Assembly (NCBI GenBank): GCA_963729715.1 | Contig: CAVSPA010000010.1 | Coordinates: forward strand, 32,001-96,000 | Source: an uncultured delta proteobacterium | GTDB lineage: Bacteria; Desulfobacterota; Syntrophia; Syntrophales; UBA2185 | DNA: 64,000 nt | Direction of reading: 5' to 3' | Part shown: positions 38,271 to 45,907 of the stretch, piece after piece | How positions within the stretch are numbered: the stretch's first letter is position 1 | How the letters are laid out: the number at the start of each line of letters is the position of its first letter | Position numbers and translations under genes: made by a program | The notes under the pieces: generated by a model | What the model saw: the letters and a program-made list of their open reading frames with translations, nothing else | What the model was told of the DNA's origin: nothing | The model's database searches: none

Positions 38271-40505
38271 ATGTCGCGTGATCAGCTGATGAACTTAATT
38301 GACAACATAGCTTCGGACTTTCTCTTTCTGGAAGATAAAGATGTGGATATTCCCACGGCTGGGAGGTTTCTCAATCAGCTTGATGCAATTATCAGAGGTG
38401 CAGATGCTCTGAACATAGAACATCTGTCTTGCGTAGCCAGAGGCTTAAGCCGTCTCTTGGAGAAGAAGGTGCTGAATGAGGTCAAAGATACTGAAGCCGC
38501 TTTTGCCACCTTTGAAAAAGGGATAACCATCATGCAGGAGATTGATCGGAACTTTAGCAAAGGCGGTGACAATGAGTCTGACATCGGCAGTTTTGTGGAA
38601 TCTGTAAGCGGCCTGACAGGCGCCGCACCGGCGATTGAATTGAAAGGAGGCACTGTCGAAAAATATGCGGAGCCCGATAATGAATTGGATGTTGGTTCGG
38701 AAAAGAAGGTCGAGGTACAGGATGAATCGTTATTAAGGGACTTTATAATTGAGGGGCTTGAATATATAAACGAGATCGAAGTGAATATATTGAATCTGGA
38801 ACAAGATCCAGGGAATAAAGATTGTGTAAATTCCATTTTCAGACCATTTCATTCCATCAAGGGTGTGGCAAGTTTTCTCAACCTGGAAAACATAAGGGTT
38901 CTTGCCCATGACCTGGAGAGTCTTCTCGACAAGGTGAGAAACAATGAAGTTTCCGTGACATCCCAGGTTATTGATATCATTCTCGATGGTGCTGATGCCC
39001 TAAAGGCAATGATCGGACAGGTGAGAGACCGCATGGAGGGCAGGGCAGCGGCAGCCCTTGAGGTTGACTTGCCGGCTCTGGAGCAGCGCATACGATTTGC
39101 GCAACAAGGGAAATACGAACAGTCGGAACCAAAGAAAATCGGTGCAATACTCGTAGAAGACGGTCTGATCTCTGAAGATGCCTTGGAAGAATCACTTGAG
39201 CTCACTAAGAAAGCACCTGATATTAAAATCGGTGAAGCGCTGATCGCTGAAGGGAAGGTGACCCCCAAACAGGTATCCCAGGCGCTGAGAAAACAAATGA
39301 GCCAGGTCGTTGATGTGACGTCGATAAGAGTGGATACAAGGAAACTGGATGACCTGATAGACATGGTCGGTGAGCTGGTCATTACCCAGTCGATGATACG
39401 TCAGAGTCCCATCGTTCAGGCCAATATGGACAGAAAATTTTTTAGAGATATTTCCCAGCTATGCAGTATCACATCGGAGCTGCAAAGGACTTCCACGAGT
39501 TTGAGGATGATCCCCATAAAGCAGACTTTTCAGAGGATGTCCCGCTTGGTCCGAGATCTTTCGAGGTCTGCCGGAAAATCGGTGAATGTGATCACAGAGG
39601 GAGAGGATACGGAAATAGACAGGAATATGGTGGAAGAGATTTATAACCCTCTCGTCCACTTGATCAGAAACGCTGTGGACCACGGCATTGAGGCTCCGGA
39701 GAAGCGGACAAAGGCGGGAAAAGGAGAGACAGGAACAATCCAGTTGAAGGCTTACCATAAAGGCGGCAACATCGTAATTGAGATATCGGATGACGGGAAG
39801 GGGTTAGATAAAGAAAAAATACTAAATAAAGCAATTAATAACGGCACTATCGGTTCAGCTGCGGGCCTGTCTGATCAGGATATATATCGATTTATCCTGC
39901 TTCCCGGGTTGTCAACGGCTGAGAAGATAACGGACGTATCCGGTCGGGGCGTTGGCATGGATGTGGTTAAGCAGGCAGTGGACAAATTGAGAGGCAAAAT
40001 AGAGATCAACAGCCGTTACGGTTTTGGAACCACATTTGTGACGAGCTTTCCCCTGACGATGGCCATTATCGACGGCATGATCGTGAGGATCGGTCGCGAA
40101 AAATACATTGTGCCGACTACCGCAATCAGAAGATTGCTCCGTCCCAATAAAGAATATTACAACACCGTCATCGGTCGAGGCGAGGTCATAAACGTTATGG
40201 GCAAGCTCCTGCCTCTCGTGCGGCTGCACGATTTATTCGACATAGAACCCGATTGCCGGAATCCGTGGGAAGCAACGATCGTCGTCGTTGATGGCGAAAA
40301 CGGATCGAAATGTCTGCTGGTAGATGAGATCGTGGGTCAAGAGGAAGTTGTCATTAAAGGTCTAAGTGAAAGCTTGAGGCATGTAAAAGGGGTGTCGGGC
40401 GGCGCAATATTGGGAGACGGGAACATAGGACTGATCCTGGATCCGGAAGGTTTATTTGAACTGAGCGAATTGCAGGGCCTTGGAGGTAATGGAAAGAAGA
40501 ATTGA
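38271..40505 (+). CDS. cheA: Chemotaxis histidine kinase CheA
   Basis: Hpt IFRPFHSIKG; LVHLIRNAVDHGIE; DDGKG; SGRGVGMDVV; C-terminal CheW domain. Confidence 0.98.
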   Translation: MSRDQLMNLIDNIASDFLFLEDKDVDIPTAGRFLNQLDAIIRGADALNIEHLSCVARGLSRLLEKKVLNEVKDTEAAFATFEKGITIMQEIDRNFSKGGDNESDIGSFVESVSGLTGAAPAIELKGGTVEKYAEPDNELDVGSEKKVEVQDESLLRDFIIEGLEYINEIEVNILNLEQDPGNKDCVNSIFRPFHSIKGVASFLNLENIRVLAHDLESLLDKVRNNEVSVTSQVIDIILDGADALKAMIGQVRDRMEGRAAAALEVDLPALEQRIRFAQQGKYEQSEPKKIGAILVEDGLISEDALEESLELTKKAPDIKIGEALIAEGKVTPKQVSQALRKQMSQVVDVTSIRVDTRKLDDLIDMVGELVITQSMIRQSPIVQANMDRKFFRDISQLCSITSELQRTSTSLRMIPIKQTFQRMSRLVRDLSRSAGKSVNVITEGEDTEIDRNMVEEIYNPLVHLIRNAVDHGIEAPEKRTKAGKGETGTIQLKAYHKGGNIVIEISDDGKGLDKEKILNKAINNGTIGSAAGLSDQDIYRFILLPGLSTAEKITDVSGRGVGMDVVKQAVDKLRGKIEINSRYGFGTTFVTSFPLTMAIIDGMIVRIGREKYIVPTTAIRRLLRPNKEYYNTVIGRGEVINVMGKLLPLVRLHDLFDIEPDCRNPWEATIVVVDGENGSKCLLVDEIVGQEEVVIKGLSESLRHVKGVSGGAILGDGNIGLILDPEGLFELSELQGLGGNGKKN

Positions 40506-40526
40506 TCTTAAGCGGGAGGATGCATT

Positions 40527-40916
40527 ATGGATGTCAACAAAAAGATAAAGATCCTGGTTGTCGATGACTTTGCGACAATGAGAAAGGTCATAAGGAACCT
40601 TTTGAAACAGTCCGGCTATGAAAATGTGACCGAGGCTGAAGATGGCGTGGCCGCCATGAGCGTGCTGAAATCGACAAAAATTGATTTTGTAATATCAGAC
40701 TGGAATATGCCCAACATGACAGGCATTGAACTTCTAAGGGCCGTGAGGTCAGATAACGAGCTTGGCGCCATGCCTTTTCTCATGGTGACTGCGGAGTCTC
40801 TTAAAGACAATGTCGTTGAAGCAGTCAAAGCTGGGGTCAGCAATTATATTGTGAAACCGTTTACCGCTGAAGTTCTCGGTGAGAAGATTGACAAAATATT
40901 GGAGAATATAAAGTAG
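40527..40916 (+). CDS. cheY: Chemotaxis response regulator CheY
   Basis: ILVVDDFATMRKVIRNLL...SDWNMPNMTG...MVTAE...YIVKPFT. Confidence 0.96.
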   Translation: MDVNKKIKILVVDDFATMRKVIRNLLKQSGYENVTEAEDGVAAMSVLKSTKIDFVISDWNMPNMTGIELLRAVRSDNELGAMPFLMVTAESLKDNVVEAVKAGVSNYIVKPFTAEVLGEKIDKILENIK

Positions 40917-40934
40917 ATTTGAAAGGCAATAATT

Positions 40935-41402
40935 ATGGACGTTAAATATATTAATCCCTTTCTGGAGGGTACCATTGAGGTCTTAAAGACAATGGCCTTT
41001 GTAAATCCGAGGCCCGGTAAGCCATATCTCAAGAAGAACAATTTAGCCAAAGGCGACGTCAGCGGGATTATCGGTATCACGGGAACGATAAAGGGATCGC
41101 TTGCCCTAAGTTTCTCTACAGGCAGCATACTGAAAATAGTTTCGAACATGCTCGGTGAGGAGATAACCTCCCTCAATGGTGAAATCAGAGATGCCGTTGG
41201 CGAGATAACCAATATGGTATCCGGTGCGGCAAGGAAAAAAATTGAAGCCATGGGTTACAGTCTATCTGCCTCGCTTCCCACTGTCGTTTCCGGGAGGGAC
41301 CACTCGATCATGCACGTCCTCGGCGGCCCCAGTATTGTAATACCTTTTGAAATGGATGAGGGGTCCTTCGTGGTGGATATCAGTATGGGTGATCCCCGGT
41401 GA
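40935..41402 (+). CDS. cheX: CheY-P phosphatase CheX
   Basis: YINPF...DVSGIIGITG...DAVGEITNMVSG...PTVVSG. Confidence 0.93.
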   Translation: MDVKYINPFLEGTIEVLKTMAFVNPRPGKPYLKKNNLAKGDVSGIIGITGTIKGSLALSFSTGSILKIVSNMLGEEITSLNGEIRDAVGEITNMVSGAARKKIEAMGYSLSASLPTVVSGRDHSIMHVLGGPSIVIPFEMDEGSFVVDISMGDPR

Positions 41403-41484
41403 GTCCGTGTTTTTCGGTCAGGTGTGATGAGCATTGTTGTGACTTAACGACTAATCTGGTTCTTTCATTATAGAGAGATTAGCA

Positions 41485-42009
41485 ATGGATTATAAAGGTG
41501 ACAAAAGAGAATACGCGAGAGTGGCTGCATATCTGCCCCTCGACATCCGTCTTGTTCCCACGGAAGAGCGTGATATTCATAAGCCTCGAATTTCCGGGGT
41601 AGCGGTGCTGGACAATTTTACCAAACCGCCTGAACTCGATGACAAGCCTCTGGCTCAGTGGCTCAACATGTTGAACGCTAAGCTTGACTCCATCATCAGC
41701 TCCCTGGCGGTTGAACGTGAGGGGTTTGGATCTCTGACCTTCAAGTCAATGAATATCAGCGCCGCCGGGATGGGCTTCAAGTCTAAGGAGAAGTACGATA
41801 AGGGGGCTTTCTTGGAATTGAAAATTTTGCTTTATATGTATCCCCACGTAGCTCTTTACTTGTACGGAGACGTGGTCACGTCGGAACGAGAAGGCGATGA
41901 CTTTAATACGGCCGTGAAATTTACGGGCATGAGTGATGACATAAGAGATGAGATTATAAAATTTGTTTTTAGACGGCAGAGAGAAATCCTCAGTGCGAAA
42001 AGGGCATAG
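41485..42009 (+). CDS. PilZ domain protein
   Basis: RxxxR (REYAR) and NISAAG motifs; C-terminal IIKFVFRRQRE. Confidence 0.85.
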   Translation: MDYKGDKREYARVAAYLPLDIRLVPTEERDIHKPRISGVAVLDNFTKPPELDDKPLAQWLNMLNAKLDSIISSLAVEREGFGSLTFKSMNISAAGMGFKSKEKYDKGAFLELKILLYMYPHVALYLYGDVVTSEREGDDFNTAVKFTGMSDDIRDEIIKFVFRRQREILSAKRA

Positions 42010-42021
42010 CCTTAGGAAAAT

Positions 42022-42882
42022 ATGATAGCCATAATAGGATTCATTGTTGTTAGCGGAGCCATTGCCGGCGGTTACCTTATGGAACACGGCAACCTATATG
42101 TCCTGTTCCAGCCTGCCGAAGTCCTTATCATCTTTGGTGCAGCCTTTGGTGCATTTCTGGTAGCATCACCTATGAAGGTAATTAAATCAACATCGGGCAG
42201 CGTTTTGAAGATATTCAATAACAAGCCTTTCGTAAAAGCCGATTATCTTGAAGTTCTGATGCTGTTAAGCGAGATTTTCTACAAGATCAGAAAACAGGGG
42301 CTTGTGTCAATTGAAGGCGATGTCGATGCGCCGCAGGAAAGTGCAATTTTCAGGAATTATCCGAAAGTCCTTAAGAACCATCATGCCATAACATTTATTA
42401 CAGATACTCTGAGAATGGTCATCACGACAACGATCGAGCCTTACGAGCTTGAATCGCTGATGGAAACGGAATTGGAAGAACATCATGAAGATTCAATGAT
42501 ACCTTCAAAGAGTATGGCAAACACTGCGGACGCCCTCCCCGGTTTGGGTATTGTGGCCGCCGTATTGGGAGTGGTCTTAACCATGGGGAAGATAGGTGAG
42601 CCGCCAGAGGTTCTGGGTCACAGCATCGGAGCGGCGCTGGTAGGCACATTCCTGGGCGTCCTGATGTGCTATGGTTTCGTGGGACCCATGTCAAAGAACC
42701 TCGAATACATTGCCCAGGAGGAATTTCAGTATCTTAACGTTCTGAAAATCGCCCTCAAGTCCTTTGTCAGCAATAACGCGGCACCCATGGTAGCCATCGA
42801 ATTCGGCAGAAGGGCAATTCCGGCGAAGCAGAGGCCCGACTTCGTAGAGGTTGAGGAAGCAGTCAGGCAGGTCAGGAAATAA
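42022..42882 (+). CDS. motA: Flagellar stator MotA
   Basis: QPAEVLIIFGAA; ADALPGLGIVAAVLGVV; ALVGTFLGV; EFGRR. Confidence 0.96.
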   Translation: MIAIIGFIVVSGAIAGGYLMEHGNLYVLFQPAEVLIIFGAAFGAFLVASPMKVIKSTSGSVLKIFNNKPFVKADYLEVLMLLSEIFYKIRKQGLVSIEGDVDAPQESAIFRNYPKVLKNHHAITFITDTLRMVITTTIEPYELESLMETELEEHHEDSMIPSKSMANTADALPGLGIVAAVLGVVLTMGKIGEPPEVLGHSIGAALVGTFLGVLMCYGFVGPMSKNLEYIAQEEFQYLNVLKIALKSFVSNNAAPMVAIEFGRRAIPAKQRPDFVEVEEAVRQVRK

Positions 42883-43670
42883 TGGCGGAAAGATTAAGAC
42901 CCATAATCGTCATTAAGAAGATTAAAAAACATGAGGGACATCACGGAGGACAGTGGAAGGTCGCCTACGCGGACTTTATTACGGCCCTGATGGCTTTTTT
43001 TCTGTTGCTGTGGCTGCTAGCCATGGTTTCTCCCGAAAAGAGAGTCGCATTATCGCAGTATTTCAAAGAATTCACCGTCTTCAAGGAACAGGGTGAGAAA
43101 GTTACAAAAGGGGGGATTGGCATTCTCGAATTCAAGGGTGGCGGTCGAACTGCCGGTAACGCAACGGGAAAAATGGAAGTTATGTCTCCTGAAAAATTGA
43201 AGACAAAAATCAAGGCCGCTGTTGAGGCAAACTTAAAGACACTGAAGGATCAGGTTCTTGTTGACGTGCATGAGGGAGCTGTCAGGATACAGATTGTTGA
43301 CAACGAAGGGAGCCAAATGTTTCTTCTGGGTAGCGCAAAGCCCACTGACAAAGCTCTGGAAGTACTATCTCTCGTATCCGAGACGATAAAGCAGACACCG
43401 AACAAAATTGTTGTTGAAGGACACACTGATGCCTTGCCTTACAAGGGCGGCGAAACGACCAACTGGGAACTCTCTACCGCCAGGGCGTCAGCTGCGAGAC
43501 GGGTTCTTGAAAACGATGGCATAACAGCAGACAGGATCGCCAAAGTTGTAGGGTTTGCGGATAATGACCTACTGATCAAGCTTTATCCCAATGATCCTCG
43601 AAACAGAAGGATAAGCGTCATCCTTCTGCCTATTCAGTATAATAATGTCTCGGAATCATTTAATCGCTGA
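42882..43670 (+). CDS. motB: Flagellar stator MotB
   Basis: WKVAYADFITALMAFFLLLW; OmpA-like EGHTD...NWELSTARA...NRRI. Confidence 0.96.
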   Translation: MAERLRPIIVIKKIKKHEGHHGGQWKVAYADFITALMAFFLLLWLLAMVSPEKRVALSQYFKEFTVFKEQGEKVTKGGIGILEFKGGGRTAGNATGKMEVMSPEKLKTKIKAAVEANLKTLKDQVLVDVHEGAVRIQIVDNEGSQMFLLGSAKPTDKALEVLSLVSETIKQTPNKIVVEGHTDALPYKGGETTNWELSTARASAARRVLENDGITADRIAKVVGFADNDLLIKLYPNDPRNRRISVILLPIQYNNVSESFNR

Positions 43671-43722
43671 AGGCGGAACCAAGTTGCACAACTGCCGACT
43701 GGCAGTGCGTTCTTAAGAAGAT

Positions 43723-44112
43723 TTAACCATGTCTTCTCCGCCAGCGATTAAGCCTTTCAAACGCCCCGTCAACGGCCTTCAACAGCATTTCGGTCTGCAC
43801 CGGCTTTGTGAAAAAGTCGTCGAAGCCCGCCTCCCGGCATTCCTCAATATCATATAATGCAGCCCAACCGGTCATCGCGAAGATGATAGCAATGGGGTTG
43901 TCTTTTCTGATCTGTTTGCAAAGTTCTATGCCGTTCATGCCGAATAATTTGAGATCAAGAAATATTACCTCGATGTCTTCTTCTTTCAAAATTTCAAAGG
44001 CCGTCTCGGCCCCTTCTGCGAGTCGCACGTCATAGCCTTCGATGCCGAAAGCATCTTCAAGCAGATCGCGAACTGCCATTTCATCATCAACTACCAGAAT
44101 TTTCTTCGCCAT
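43723..44112 (-). CDS. Single-domain response regulator
   Basis: ILVVDDE, IFLDLKL..MNG, FFTKP. Confidence 0.9.
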   Translation of the reverse strand: MAKKILVVDDEMAVRDLLEDAFGIEGYDVRLAEGAETAFEILKEEDIEVIFLDLKLFGMNGIELCKQIRKDNPIAIIFAMTGWAALYDIEECREAGFDDFFTKPVQTEMLLKAVDGAFERLNRWRRRHG

Positions 44113-44147
44113 GAAACCGCTTCCCATCCCTCAATGCGCGGAGGTTG

Positions 44148-44897
44148 CTATAGATCTATTTGCATATCATCGGTTGTCATCGAGGTATTCTTGAATATTT
44201 CTCGCGCTACTCTCTCTGATTCTTTTCTTTCACCGAAGGTCTTATATATTTCTGCGTCGAAATGAACGAGGACCAGGCTTCTTACGCCGGCATCTCGGGC
44301 AATCCCTGCGGCAGTCTCCGGGTTGAGATGCGGCCAGTCCCCCGAGGACTGGCCGCTCTTGTATGCACATTCGGTTATCAGGAGATCCGACGATCTCGCC
44401 AGATAGATGGCGTTTTCGCATAAACCAGTATCGGGGCAGTAGCTGATGACTTTTCCCTCTATTTCAAATCTGTATCCTAAGGTCAGTGACAGGTGCCTGA
44501 GTTCTCGGGCTTCCACCGTGAATGGAAGTTTATCAGCTTCATCGGGCAATTCATACATTTTGACTAAGAATGGAAATTCCGAAATGGACGCCGTGAAGGG
44601 GGCATTGATAAGCGTTTTGAGAGTATCTCTTGTGCCGGTGGGGCCGCAGATATTAAGACCATGTCGGAATTTGAATTTACTCAGCGTATGCAAGCCTATA
44701 ATGTGGTCCAGATGAAAATGGCTGAGGAAAAGATAGACGGGCTTCCCATCTCTTTCATGTATATATCGGTCCAGTTTGTAAAGACCGTTCCCGGCATCGA
44801 GGATAATCTCATAATCGTTTGTCCTTATGAGGATAGAGATGGTGTTCCCGGTGTCAGTATCATACCAACCGTTCGTACCCAAGAAGATCACTCTCAC
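44148..44897 (-). CDS. Metallo-beta-lactamase fold protein, RNase Z/BN-like
   Basis: FLGTNG, LDAG, SHFHLDH, YCPDT, LVHF. Confidence 0.88.
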   Translation of the reverse strand: MRVIFLGTNGWYDTDTGNTISILIRTNDYEIILDAGNGLYKLDRYIHERDGKPVYLFLSHFHLDHIIGLHTLSKFKFRHGLNICGPTGTRDTLKTLINAPFTASISEFPFLVKMYELPDEADKLPFTVEARELRHLSLTLGYRFEIEGKVISYCPDTGLCENAIYLARSSDLLITECAYKSGQSSGDWPHLNPETAAGIARDAGVRSLVLVHFDAEIYKTFGERKESERVAREIFKNTSMTTDDMQIDL

Positions 44898-44915
44898 GTG
44901 TGCCGCACCAAACTT

Positions 44916-45215
44916 TCAGGAACCAAGGATCATCTTTCTTGCTCTGTCGAAAATATCCGTCCGAAAATCAGGGTAACCGGGAATAGTCTGGTTTAAATAT
45001 TTATTGATATACTGACTGTCATATAGCAGCATTCTTTCAAATTCTCCCACCTTTCCTGATTTCTGCAAATTTTTTTTAACCTCCGAGGTAAAAATTTCTT
45101 CAAGTTGTCGCGCGTAATCCTTGGTCAGTTGCTTCAGGAATTCCTCATCGCATCCACTTGATTTAATGTCCCCGTACATCTCGCGAACCCATTGTCTTGC
45201 GGTTTCCTCAAACAT
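44916..45215 (-). CDS. Hypothetical protein
   Basis: Uninterrupted helical ORF, co-oriented and closely spaced with the MBL gene. Confidence 0.65.
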   Translation of the reverse strand: MFEETARQWVREMYGDIKSSGCDEEFLKQLTKDYARQLEEIFTSEVKKNLQKSGKVGEFERMLLYDSQYINKYLNQTIPGYPDFRTDIFDRARKMILGS

Positions 45216-45287
45216 ACGCGTTTCTCTTTTAAAGAATACCCCAGAATTTATCCAATTACGTAAAGAACAAATAGTTTAGCCATTATA

Positions 45288-45453
45288 TCACTCTTCGCTG
45301 TCAAAATCGGGTGATTCCGTGTCAATGAAGATTCCCTCGGTGCCGGCGGGAGATACATCAATCCTCTCCTCACTTTTCTTGAGGTCATCAGAGTCGTATC
45401 CCTGCCAATCAATTCTGAAATTCCTGTGTTTGATTCCTTCTTGGCTGTCCATC
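45288..45453 (-). CDS. Possible small acidic protein or gene remnant
   Basis: MDSQEGIKHRNFRIDWQG...; no recognisable motif. Confidence 0.3.
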
Positions 45454-45907
45454 TTAAAATTGTTCCACAGGTTGAGTCGGGTCTTCATTCCGAATTCTGC
45501 GTTCGATATCTGAATGAGCACTCACTGCATTGATTCTTCTTTCATTCAGTTGCAAAACAAGTTTGAGCTTTTCAATTATTTTCCTTATTTGCCGTTAGCT
45601 GACAGCTTTCAACCGGAACCTTGCTTATTCCATTTGATGTTACATAATAGGTGAAAAACATTATAGGAGAGACAGAGGAGGCTGTCAACGATAATCGACT
45701 TGATTGTATTGTTCAGGGTTGTAGTATTATAGCTGTCGTGATAGTATCCGTGGCTATGTCGACAACTCACGTGTTATTAAATGGAAGTGCATCTGACTAT
45801 TCCCGCCTTACCGGTAGAGTAAAGGGGCACGACATGGGATACCTTCCCTGGCGGGAAGTCCCGTTCTGTGGGATGTGAGCCTCAATGCCGGGACTGGGGT
45901 ATAGTAA

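Noticed and set aside
45651..45878. 75-aa ORF upstream of the PAS-LuxR gene
   Set aside because: No motif or clear SD; it overlaps the probable promoter and leader region.
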